DNA of 64,000 nucleotides from Minisyncoccia bacterium (GTDB taxonomy: Bacteria; Patescibacteriota; Minisyncoccia; SW-4-49-11), in the NCBI GenBank assembly GCA_044356325.1, contig JBIKWJ010000004.1:402-64401 (forward strand), in the 5' to 3' direction. The notes under the pieces were generated by a model. It had not been told where the DNA came from and searched no databases. It saw only the letters and a program-made list of their open reading frames with translations. Shown in pieces: positions 37,905 to 47,104 of this stretch. The stretch's first letter is position 1. Every line of letters begins with the position of its first letter. The translations under genes were made by a program, and so were the position numbers.

Positions 37905-39375
37905 CAGCTAACATTTTAGCGCAGGTTTCTGCAAATGGATATGCTCTAGTTTTATCATTTTGTTGTTCACAACCCACAATACTTGCCCACTGACATCTAT
38001 AAGAGCTGTTCCTAAATGATTGACAGTCAGTAATTCCGTTCTTTTTCAAAGTAGCAGCAACTGCTGCATCTTGATATTGTGGAGCCATATTATAATACGC
38101 AAATGTACCCTCTTTGATAGTATAAGTACCTGGTTTAACTGTGGGGACGCCCGCTACGGCTGCCCAAGAAGCCCAAGTAGTTGACAACATCTGAAATCTA
38201 CCATAAGCATCACTGTTAAGTCCGGTAGTATTGTATAGATTAGGATTTTCTGCTCCTGGATGTATATTTTGAGATTGAGGATACATTTTTCCACCTACTA
38301 ATCTAAAATAGCCCGACCTATCAGAGGCTCCTTCATAAAAAGATATAGTTCGCATTACGGCAGATATATTATCATCTAAATTAGTTGCGTCTACACAAGC
38401 AACACTTAATGATCCAACATTACCACTACCTCCACCTGTGGTTGCCGCGCCTCCTCCATTTGAGCCATTATCATTAAAAGTGCTCGCAGTGTCACATTTT
38501 ACTTCGAATATTTTACCTGATTGAAAAGTGAATACTGCTGAGAAATTTTGTTCTTGGAAACCAAGCCCTACGAGGAGAAAACTAAATAAGAGAAAACTTG
38601 ACATTACGAGTAATAGACCAATTACCGCATTAGTAATAATGCTATATCCTGTACTTACCCCCCCAGGATTACCGGCTGAGGTAAGTATATATACTCCACC
38701 AATTACAATACTTAATACTGCCAGTGAAGCGAGTAGACCCAAAGCTAAATTAAAGATGTCTCGAATTAAGATAAATATATCACAAATAGTACAGTCTCTA
38801 CTGGTACCACATTTAACAAGTCCTGTTTCTGAATTGGTTGAGCTTCCATTAGTTGTTCCACCACCAGTATTGACTAGTCCAGGAGTATTAGAACCAGTTG
38901 AACCCCCAGAGGTACCGACTTGGTTGCCTCCTCCACCAGCATTAGATCCAGATGGTGAATTAGTGGTACCACCAATAGTTGCATTTTCTTTTATACATTT
39001 AAAGTTACTACATTTAAGACCTGCTACACATTCATTTCCATTCCCAGAACAAGACTGTCCTTCTGTTTTATTTCCTCTTGGGCTGGAACAAACTTGATTA
39101 ATACAAGCCAATCCATTTTGACAGGTATCTCCGGAGCAAGATGATCCTAAACTTCTACGACAAGTTAACCCTAATCCTAGATTATTTTTATCTTTAACTT
39201 GGCATTTTCCATTTAAACGAGAAATCCCATTTTGAAATGTACAATTTTGCTCTAATGCTGTTGCCCTAGCACTACAGGCTCCATCAGCTGTCTGAGCATA
39301 AGTAGATTTAATACTAAAAAATGAAGCTATTAAAAAGATTATACTAAAGACTATACCAAACTTTATATATTTCAT
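37876..39375 (-). CDS. Tripartite secreted protein (array member 1): Cys-rich N-domain, central VirB2/TrbC-like hairpin, and C-terminal phage-lambda-type lysozyme/lytic transglycosylase domain
   Basis: Signal peptide, then Cys modules (CSGDTCQNGLACINQVC, CSGNGNECVAGLKCSNFKC) and a Gly/Thr-rich linker. Hairpin is IRDIFNLALGLLASLAVLSIVIGGVYILTSAGNPGGVSTGYSIITNAVIGLLLVMSSFLLF. The C-terminal ISFYEGASDRSGYFRLVGGKMYP...AYGRFQMLSTTWASW aligns with lambda R lysozyme (LAWSEGTD...YDVIVGG...AGRYQLLSRWWDAY), including the catalytic Glu. Confidence 0.65.
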   Translation of the reverse strand: MKYIKFGIVFSIIFLIASFFSIKSTYAQTADGACSARATALEQNCTFQNGISRLNGKCQVKDKNNLGLGLTCRRSLGSSCSGDTCQNGLACINQVCSSPRGNKTEGQSCSGNGNECVAGLKCSNFKCIKENATIGGTTNSPSGSNAGGGGNQVGTSGGSTGSNTPGLVNTGGGTTNGSSTNSETGLVKCGTSRDCTICDIFILIRDIFNLALGLLASLAVLSIVIGGVYILTSAGNPGGVSTGYSIITNAVIGLLLVMSSFLLFSFLLVGLGFQEQNFSAVFTFQSGKIFEVKCDTASTFNDNGSNGGGAATTGGGSGNVGSLSVACVDATNLDDNISAVMRTISFYEGASDRSGYFRLVGGKMYPQSQNIHPGAENPNLYNTTGLNSDAYGRFQMLSTTWASWAAVAGVPTVKPGTYTIKEGTFAYYNMAPQYQDAAVAATLKKNGITDCQSFRNSSYRCQWASIVGCEQQNDKTRAYPFAETCAKMLADEQTGACKQ

Positions 39376-40718
39376 CTTTTTACATTATCAGCTAATGTTT
39401 GTATTTCTGATTCAGCTTGACTAATAGCTTTGGTATAATCAAGTAATCCTGAGTTTACTGAATTAATAGACTCAATAAATATTTTATCTACTGAATTATT
39501 ATCTGGTTGTCTCCAAGTTTTGGCTTGTAAAATTTGTTTTACAAATACTCCATAATCACTATCCTGAGATTGAGTATCCACCAAATCTCTTCTGGCTGTT
39601 GGTCGCTTGGTTTTCAAGAAATACTCTTGAGCATTTTCCTTTTCAGTAGCTGATTTGAGGAATGCAAAAGATTCTTTAGGATATTTGGATTGACCGCTGA
39701 CTCCATATCCCCAATAATTTGCATAGTTAGCAAGTCCAGAATCTAGTGATACTTGAGGAAGAGGTGCTACCGCAAAATTAAGTCTTGGAGCTTTTGCTTT
39801 AATTGCTTCTATTTGATAAGAATATCCAAATATCATAGCTACTTCCCTCTCATAAAAAGCATCTATTGAATTATTGAGGGTTGAATTCCAACTATACACT
39901 GATTTTCGAGGATTAGCAAAATCAGTATAATAGGTTAAAGCTAATGTTCCTGGAGAGATATTTTGTCCATTGATATTTTTTCCTTGTGAGAATGTAATTC
40001 TACTAGAATCTTTGGGATCAGTAAATTGAGCACCTGTTTGTAACATTAATGACATTAATATATCAGGGGAACGATTTATATTATCCCCTGTTCCTAATGC
40101 AACTCCTGCTTGTGTAATATTCCCAAATTGGTCTATTTTAGTTAATTCCGGGACAATTTTTTGTAATTCTTCCCAAGTTGCTGGTGGATTTGCAATTCCG
40201 GCATCATTAAATGCATCTTTATTATATAATAATGCTAAAGTATCAGTGTATAGCGGAAATCCATATATTTTACCATCATCAATAAAATCTTGACCAACAA
40301 CATCCACAAAGCGATCTTTATAATCTTTTATGGTCATAATCTCTTCTGACATTGGAGCTAATTTATTCTTATGCTTACCAAGCCAAGTATGTTCTATAGC
40401 AAATATATCTGGCCCTCTCCCTTCAGCTAAAGCATTAATAAGTTCTGTCTCATAATCTTGAGGCTTAAATTTACGATATTCTATACTAACACTAGGATAT
40501 GTTTTACGAAAATCACCTCCTAATTTTGTCATTGTATCGGTTTCATCCCAAACACCCCATACTACCAAGTTTACTTTTGCTACTTGTTTCCTACCTCCAG
40601 CTTGGAACCCAAGAGCATTTCCTAACATCAAAATAACAACTGCCAATATAGCTACTCCAGCAATAATAATTAATTTACGATTTTTGGTAAATGAATCAAG
40701 AGAGTTATTCCCTGCCAT
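39372..40718 (-). CDS. Membrane-anchored extracellular solute-binding protein (ABC-type, family 1, sugar-like) with no cognate permease or ATPase in the window
   Basis: 448 aa with an N-terminal TM anchor and MalE-like fold signatures (LVVWGVWDET ... YRKFKPQDYETELINALAEGRGPDIF). Its stop overlaps the start of the lysozyme-pilin gene (ATGA). Confidence 0.7.
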   Translation of the reverse strand: MAGNNSLDSFTKNRKLIIIAGVAILAVVILMLGNALGFQAGGRKQVAKVNLVVWGVWDETDTMTKLGGDFRKTYPSVSIEYRKFKPQDYETELINALAEGRGPDIFAIEHTWLGKHKNKLAPMSEEIMTIKDYKDRFVDVVGQDFIDDGKIYGFPLYTDTLALLYNKDAFNDAGIANPPATWEELQKIVPELTKIDQFGNITQAGVALGTGDNINRSPDILMSLMLQTGAQFTDPKDSSRITFSQGKNINGQNISPGTLALTYYTDFANPRKSVYSWNSTLNNSIDAFYEREVAMIFGYSYQIEAIKAKAPRLNFAVAPLPQVSLDSGLANYANYWGYGVSGQSKYPKESFAFLKSATEKENAQEYFLKTKRPTARRDLVDTQSQDSDYGVFVKQILQAKTWRQPDNNSVDKIFIESINSVNSGLLDYTKAISQAESEIQTLADNVKR

Positions 40719-40720
40719 AT

Positions 40721-41263
40721 TTATGATTTTTTAAATATATACCCATAATGATATTTACCTGCATCAATTTTATGATCAATTTCAAAACCATTATTTTGTA
40801 TCAGAGAAACTAATTCTCTCTCAGGAATTCTTGATGATTTGAGAGGTCCTATTGGGCTTGCTATATCCCATTCTATTATGACTAATTTTCCTTTTTCTTT
40901 TAATATTTTATGAGCTTCTTTGAGCAAATGTTTTTTATCATTTACTTGAAAAAGGATATTATGTATCATAACTCTATCTACTGATTCTTTTGGTAAAGTA
41001 GAGCCACTATCAGTCTCAAGATTGGTCAAAATAAGTTCAATATTGGTAATCCCTTGAATTTTATATTTACTCCTGAGAGATTGATGAGCTGATTCCATTA
41101 CATCAATTGCTAATACTTTCCCTGTTGGCTGAATAAATTGAGCAATAGCAATGGAAAAGTCTCCAGCCCCTGATCCAAAATCAGCAATTTTCATTCCAAT
41201 TTCTAAATCAAACTGCTTTACTATTTCACGAGGTGATAGAAATCGAGTAGTGGTTTCTAACAT
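40721..41263 (-). CDS. Class I SAM-dependent methyltransferase
   Basis: Motif I IADFGSGAGDFS and the Rossmann pattern. It lies 2 nt from the start of the next gene. Confidence 0.7.
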   Translation of the reverse strand: MLETTTRFLSPREIVKQFDLEIGMKIADFGSGAGDFSIAIAQFIQPTGKVLAIDVMESAHQSLRSKYKIQGITNIELILTNLETDSGSTLPKESVDRVMIHNILFQVNDKKHLLKEAHKILKEKGKLVIIEWDIASPIGPLKSSRIPERELVSLIQNNGFEIDHKIDAGKYHYGYIFKKS

Positions 41264-41329
41264 AATGAGATTTTATTTTATAGCTGTATCTAGTATATAG
41301 TTATTCCTTTAAATCGTCAACTAATACTA

Positions 41330-43822
41330 TTATTCTATTCCTTCTTCTGGTTCATCTTCGGTGGTAACAGCGATTGAAGCAATAGTATCATCTTTATTAA
41401 GTCTCATAATTTTTACCCCTTGAGTATCCCGGGATAATGTCGGAATATCTTTTTGAATATTAAGCTTAATAATATTCCCCCCAAGAGAAATAGCAATTAA
41501 CTCTTTGCTATCTGGGGTAACTACTTGAGCTCCCATAACAAGACCAGTTTTAGTGGTAATTTTAGAAACCTTTACTCCTCCCCCACCTCGTCTTTGTACT
41601 TTATAATGACTTAATTTACTTTTTTTACCATATCCTTGTGCTGTTGCAATCACAAGCCATCCTTGCTCATCTCCAGAACGAATTGTTTGCATAGATAATA
41701 TCGTATCATCAGGCTTTAAGGTGATTGCTTTTACTCCAGAGGCTGTTCTTCCCATTGGCCTTAATTCTTCTTGAGAAAATCGTATTGCTTTTCCTTGTGC
41801 AGTAAACAAAATAACATCATCATCGGTATGAGTAATAGTTGCTTGTATCAGAGTATCTTTATCTTTGAGATTAATGGCAATAATTCCACCTTTTCGAACA
41901 TTAGCATATACTGACATTGCACTCTTTTTGATAACACCTAATCTGGTGACAATAGAGACAAAGCTATCTGAGGCATCTTCTGTTGGTAGAATGGATTGAA
42001 TTTGCTCATCTTTAGTAAGTTCCAAGAAATTAACTATAGATTGACCTTTGGCAATACGAGATCCTTGAGGAATTTCATAAGCTTTTAATTTTAATACTCT
42101 TCCATTATTAGTAAAGAATAATAATTTCGCATGAGTAATAGTATGAAGGAAAATTGATACAGAGTCATCTTCTCGTGTCTTAACTCCAGAAATTCCCACT
42201 CCACCTCGTCTTTGGGAACGATATTCTTTAGGGTCTACTCGCTTAATATATCCATCTTTGGTCAAAATAATAATAGTATCTTCATTGGGAATAAAATCTG
42301 TCTCTCTAAAATCTCCCAATTCTTCTTGGAATACTCGAGTTTTTCGCTCATCGCCATATTGCTCGGATACTTGCTTCAAATCATCTTTGATAATCTGATA
42401 AATTCTCTCTTCTGAGCCTAAAATTGACTCCAATTCTTTAATAAGAATTAATAATTCTGCTAATTCATCAAGAATTTTTTGTCGCTCTAATCCAGCAAGA
42501 GTTTGTAATCTCATATCAAGAATAGCCTGTACTTGTAAGGTACTGAATTCAAAACGTTTAATCAAATTAACCTTGGCAAGTTCTTTGCTCTCAGATCCTC
42601 GAATAATAGTAATAACTTCATCAATAAAGTCAAGAGCTTTTTTGAGTCCTTCCAAAATATGTGCTCGGTCTTTAGCCTGTTGTAATTCGAATTCAGTTTT
42701 TCTTGTTACGACTTCTTTGCGATGAATAATATAATATTGTAAAGCTTGTTTTAATGACAAAGTTTTTGGTTCAATACCATCACAAAGAGCCAACATATTC
42801 ACATGATAGGTTTTTTGTAAATCTGTTAATTTATATAATTTGTTGAGTACTTTTTGGGGATAAGCATCAGATTTGAGCTCAATTACTACTCTTACTCCAT
42901 CTCTATCAGATTCATCTCGAATATCTTTGATTCCATCAAGTTTTTTATCTCTGACCATATTAGCCATTTTCTCAATCAAGGTAGATTTATTGGTCTGATA
43001 TGTCATTTCGGATACAATAATATCAAAAGCATTTCCTTTTTTGGTTCTCTCTACAATTTCAGCTTTAGCTCGAGTAACCAGAGGCCCTCGCCCAGTAGCA
43101 TATACTTGCCGAATATTTTCAATATTATATAATTCACCTCCAGTTGGAAAATCTGGTCCCTTAACAAAATGCAATAATTCTTCAATAGTAATTTCTGGAT
43201 TTTCTATCAAAGCAATAGTTGCTCCTACAATTTCCTTCAAATTATGGGGAGGGATATTAGTTGCCATACCTACCGCAATTCCTGTTCCTCCATTAATAAG
43301 AAGATTAGGGACTCTAGCCGGTAATACGGTTGGCTCTTCTAGACTTCCATCATAATTGGGGATAAAATTAACCGTTTTTTTATCAATATCGACAAGCATT
43401 TCCCGAGCAATTTTGTCCATTTTAGCCTCAGTATATCGCATAGCAGCAGCTGAATCACCATCCATAGAACCAAAGTTTCCCTGTCCTTTTACTAAGGTAT
43501 ATCTCAAAGAGAAATCTTGTGCCATACGCACCAAAGAGTCATATACTGCAGTATCTCCATGGGGATGGTATTTTCCAAGCACTTCTCCAACTATGGTAGC
43601 AGATTTACGGAATTTTGCTTCTGGACGCAGACCAAGTTCATGCATAGCATACAAAATTCTTCTATGAACTGGTTTTAATCCATCTCTTACATCAGGAAGA
43701 GCTCTATCCACAATTACGCTCATTGAATAATCAATATAGGCTCGCTCCATCTCAGCTACAATATCAGTAAGCTCAATAGTTCCTATATTCTCAATTGTTG
43801 AAATTTTGGTATCGTCTGCCAT
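41330..43822 (-). CDS. gyrA: DNA gyrase subunit A
   Basis: Active-site region [10 protein letters not shown], the QRRGGVG beta-pinwheel repeats and an 830-aa length. Confidence 0.95.
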   Translation of the reverse strand: MADDTKISTIENIGTIELTDIVAEMERAYIDYSMSVIVDRALPDVRDGLKPVHRRILYAMHELGLRPEAKFRKSATIVGEVLGKYHPHGDTAVYDSLVRMAQDFSLRYTLVKGQGNFGSMDGDSAAAMRYTEAKMDKIAREMLVDIDKKTVNFIPNYDGSLEEPTVLPARVPNLLINGGTGIAVGMATNIPPHNLKEIVGATIALIENPEITIEELLHFVKGPDFPTGGELYNIENIRQVYATGRGPLVTRAKAEIVERTKKGNAFDIIVSEMTYQTNKSTLIEKMANMVRDKKLDGIKDIRDESDRDGVRVVIELKSDAYPQKVLNKLYKLTDLQKTYHVNMLALCDGIEPKTLSLKQALQYYIIHRKEVVTRKTEFELQQAKDRAHILEGLKKALDFIDEVITIIRGSESKELAKVNLIKRFEFSTLQVQAILDMRLQTLAGLERQKILDELAELLILIKELESILGSEERIYQIIKDDLKQVSEQYGDERKTRVFQEELGDFRETDFIPNEDTIIILTKDGYIKRVDPKEYRSQRRGGVGISGVKTREDDSVSIFLHTITHAKLLFFTNNGRVLKLKAYEIPQGSRIAKGQSIVNFLELTKDEQIQSILPTEDASDSFVSIVTRLGVIKKSAMSVYANVRKGGIIAINLKDKDTLIQATITHTDDDVILFTAQGKAIRFSQEELRPMGRTASGVKAITLKPDDTILSMQTIRSGDEQGWLVIATAQGYGKKSKLSHYKVQRRGGGGVKVSKITTKTGLVMGAQVVTPDSKELIAISLGGNIIKLNIQKDIPTLSRDTQGVKIMRLNKDDTIASIAVTTEDEPEEGIE

Positions 43823-43827
43823 AGTCT

Positions 43828-44418
43828 TTAAGATTTAATCTGCTGTATAAGGGGTTTGATTTCGACAGTATCGAATGGAAGCTCTGATTTTTTGATACTA
43901 AAATCATCTTGAGGCTCTTGTTTGACACCATATTCACTCACTAATCCTTGTAATTGGGAATCTTGAGTATATACTGGAATTACAATACGAGGCTCAATAG
44001 CATTAATAAGATGTAAAGATTTCTCAGACCCAAATGATTCACTTAATGATAATACGAGAATATCTGGACTTCCTATGAATTCCAAGTCTTCTGTAGTTAA
44101 TTCTTTTGTAATACCAAATACGATTGCAACTAATATATTTTCCACCGAAAGAGAAATAAGATTAATTTTATCTTCATCTTCAATTTGCCGAATTGCATTG
44201 GCTCGAACAGTAACTCCTTGATAAGAATATTCTCCAGCCCCATTAATATGAAATCCCTTCATATCTGATATTTTGATAGGTTTGGTAGAAATAAGTAAAT
44301 CATTTTCTTTTTGAGGAATAATAAATTTAGCTTCCTCAGCCTCAACAGGATTGATAATCACGCGATAATCTTTTCCTTTTATTGTAATTGTCGTATTATT
44401 TTGCCATTGAATCTGCAT
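43828..44418 (-). CDS. Hypothetical protein, possibly a degenerate metallo-beta-lactamase-fold (COG2220-like) protein
   Basis: N-terminus [24 protein letters not shown] resembles MKITWLGHS.FLIE..G.RILIDP, but the His motifs are absent. Confidence 0.3.
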   Translation of the reverse strand: MQIQWQNNTTITIKGKDYRVIINPVEAEEAKFIIPQKENDLLISTKPIKISDMKGFHINGAGEYSYQGVTVRANAIRQIEDEDKINLISLSVENILVAIVFGITKELTTEDLEFIGSPDILVLSLSESFGSEKSLHLINAIEPRIVIPVYTQDSQLQGLVSEYGVKQEPQDDFSIKKSELPFDTVEIKPLIQQIKS

Positions 44419-44424
44419 ATCTGA

Positions 44425-45912
44425 TTATTTATTCTGAGTAATAGTATCGTGAAGAATTTGTCTTGCAATTTGTGGATTAGCACTACCCTTGGAATAGCGC
44501 ATAACCTGCCCTATTAAGAATTGTAGCACATTTTCATTCCCATTCTGATAGTCAAGTACTACTTTTGGGTTCTCTGTAATGACTTGATCTACAATTCCCT
44601 GCAAAGCATTCGTATCATTGACCTGCTTTAATCCCTGTGATTCTACAATATCACTAGGATCTGAACCTGTCTCAATCATTTGCAATAATAGAGTCTGAGC
44701 TCCTGTGGATGATACTTCTCCACTAAATACAATTTTGATAAATTCAGCATAATTCTCGGGACTAATCGGAGAATTATCAAAAGACAGTCCCTTTTCAGAA
44801 TAATGTTTAATAAGCTCAGTCAGAATATAATTAGCGGACAATTTGATTAATTTAGTAGTCTCCTCAGGGGTGAATTCTTTATTATCTGCTTTTATCCAAG
44901 CTTTTAATTCGGATATTGTTTGTTCAAAATAATCAGCTAAAGCTTTATTTCGTACCAAAATCTCAACCTGCTGTATAGCTAATTGATATTCATCAAGGAA
45001 TCGCTTTCTCTTTGCAATAGGAAGCTCCGCGGTAATAGAGGCGGCATCAGCCACAATAGCAGATGTCTCAAAAGGTGGAATATCAGGTTCTACAAAATAC
45101 CGATAATCATGAGCATTTTCTTTTTTACGCTGACTAAAAGTAATAGATTTCGCATCATCCCAACCTCTCGTTTCCTGCACTACCGATCCCCCTTGTGTTA
45201 TAACTTCAGTTTGGCGAATAATTTCATATTCAATAGCCTGTTCTACTACACGAAATGAATTCAAATTCTTAATTTCTACTTTAGTACCAAAAGCTTCTGT
45301 ACCCTTTTCTCGAAGAGAAATATTTACCTCACAACGCATTTGTCCTTTATCCATATCTCCATCGGATATATCAAGATAACGTAATATTAATTGTAATTCT
45401 TCACAAAATATTTTTGCTTCTTCGGCATTGCGAATATCAGGCTCAGTCACAAGCTCCATCAGAGGAAGTCCTGCCCTATTGTAATCTACAACAGTTTTAC
45501 CATTAATATGAGATAATTTACCCGTATCTTCCTCCATATGAATTCGAGTAATACGAATATATTTTGGTCCCTTAGAGGTTAATATTTCAATATTTCCCTC
45601 ATAACAAAGAGGCCTTTCATATTGGGTAATTTGATACCCTTTTGGCAAATCTGGGTAAAAATAACTTTTACGTTCAAACCAAGTATAATCGGAAATTTGA
45701 CAATTCAAAGCTTGTCCAAATCGAGTTATTTTGACCAAAGCCTCACGATTAGGTACTGGTAATGTCCCAGGATGCCCAGTACAAATAGGACAAATATTGA
45801 TATTAGGCTGATCTTCGAGCCCCTTCCCATTTATACAGGAACAGAACATTTTAGAATTTGTTTTTGACTCGACATGCACTTCCATCCCGATCACTGCTTC
45901 GTATTCTCTCAT
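44425..45912 (-). CDS. gatB: Asp/Glu-tRNA amidotransferase subunit B
   Basis: N-terminus YEAVIGMEVHVESKTNSKMFCSC and the C-terminal YqeY-like domain. Confidence 0.9.
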   Translation of the reverse strand: MREYEAVIGMEVHVESKTNSKMFCSCINGKGLEDQPNINICPICTGHPGTLPVPNREALVKITRFGQALNCQISDYTWFERKSYFYPDLPKGYQITQYERPLCYEGNIEILTSKGPKYIRITRIHMEEDTGKLSHINGKTVVDYNRAGLPLMELVTEPDIRNAEEAKIFCEELQLILRYLDISDGDMDKGQMRCEVNISLREKGTEAFGTKVEIKNLNSFRVVEQAIEYEIIRQTEVITQGGSVVQETRGWDDAKSITFSQRKKENAHDYRYFVEPDIPPFETSAIVADAASITAELPIAKRKRFLDEYQLAIQQVEILVRNKALADYFEQTISELKAWIKADNKEFTPEETTKLIKLSANYILTELIKHYSEKGLSFDNSPISPENYAEFIKIVFSGEVSSTGAQTLLLQMIETGSDPSDIVESQGLKQVNDTNALQGIVDQVITENPKVVLDYQNGNENVLQFLIGQVMRYSKGSANPQIARQILHDTITQNK

Positions 45913-45990
45913 ATAAACACTGTATAGGTATTATTTTATACCTTATTATACCATATATTCTATAATATTGCTAGATAGAGGAGAAGCCTT

Positions 45991-47046
45991 TTACTTTGAT
46001 TTATTCTTTAGAAAATCCCATACCTCATTTGCCATCTCTATATCAGCATTCTGATTACCGACTAATTTCAAATATAGAAAACCATATCTTTCAGCAATAC
46101 TCGGCTCTATATGCCCACCTCCAATAATCTTATATAAGGCTACCTCGGTGTTATTCCCACCATTTCGATATATATATTTTTCAGCAGTACTTTTATCTTT
46201 TTTATTAATATCAGGGAAATTAGTAATTATTGGTGTTTGAGTAGTTTGATTCCTTATCACCCAATAATTAATTGTTTCTTCTATTGAGAACCCTTCTCCT
46301 GTATTATTGCTTCCCTTTCCTCCATTATATGAAACAAAAGGATCTTCTGTCCCATTCATAAATAATGCGGATACTTTGTCTGTTGAATTTACACATTTAG
46401 AGTTTTTAGTATTACTTGCTACGATGGCTGCAAATGCTGTGATTCTATTTGGAATTTCTTGAGCCAGCCGAATGGAAAAATGACCACCATTTGAAGTTCC
46501 TACAGCATATACTTTTGAACTATTGGCTTTATACGTATTGATTACAAAATCTAATAAATTATTTGTTAATAACACATCATCAGATATAGGAGTTCTTGCT
46601 GAATCTGTCCTACAGTCATTCCAACCTCTTGTATTCTCAGGCCCCATAATTCCATTTGGAACTATTAATATAAGATTTTCTCGCTCAGCAATATCTAGCC
46701 AAAGCTGATGTGGTGATTTACCTCCATTTGCTAATCCAATCATATCATCAAAACTACCTCCATTCCCATGAAAAAGCATTACTATAGGTGCATTGATTGG
46801 ATTATTAGGGATAAATAGATGATAATTTCTATCTATTCCAGATATATTAATAACTTGATTTTTTAATAATCCCTTCTCTGTTATAGAATTACTATTTTCT
46901 TTTACATCTACTTCTTTTGGTACGACACTATCTTCAGTATCTATTTTTTCAATATTTCCTACTCTCAACAATACAATACATCCCAAAATCAAGATAATTA
47001 TTATCCCTATTTTGAATATTCCTATTTGTCTTCGAAACCAATTCAT
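45991..47046 (-). CDS. Secreted alpha/beta-hydrolase esterase (PHB-depolymerase/LpqC-like)
   Basis: N-terminal TM/signal segment, HGNGGS, and nucleophile elbow GTSNGG. Confidence 0.55.
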   Translation of the reverse strand: MNWFRRQIGIFKIGIIIILILGCIVLLRVGNIEKIDTEDSVVPKEVDVKENSNSITEKGLLKNQVINISGIDRNYHLFIPNNPINAPIVMLFHGNGGSFDDMIGLANGGKSPHQLWLDIAERENLILIVPNGIMGPENTRGWNDCRTDSARTPISDDVLLTNNLLDFVINTYKANSSKVYAVGTSNGGHFSIRLAQEIPNRITAFAAIVASNTKNSKCVNSTDKVSALFMNGTEDPFVSYNGGKGSNNTGEGFSIEETINYWVIRNQTTQTPIITNFPDINKKDKSTAEKYIYRNGGNNTEVALYKIIGGGHIEPSIAERYGFLYLKLVGNQNADIEMANEVWDFLKNKSK

Positions 47047-47104
47047 ATTATATTTATAATAGTATAGTATATATGTAACCCCTCCAAAAGTTGTGGGTAA
47101 GTTT

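Noticed and set aside
38528-39097. 189-aa plus-strand ORF inside the pilin-lysozyme gene
   Set aside because: It is antisense to a Gly/Thr/Ser-rich linker, which gives a spurious Pro/Val-rich frame. The minus-strand frame has a signal peptide and domain homology.
42212-43667. Several 67-104-aa plus-strand ORFs
   Set aside because: All are antisense to gyrA.
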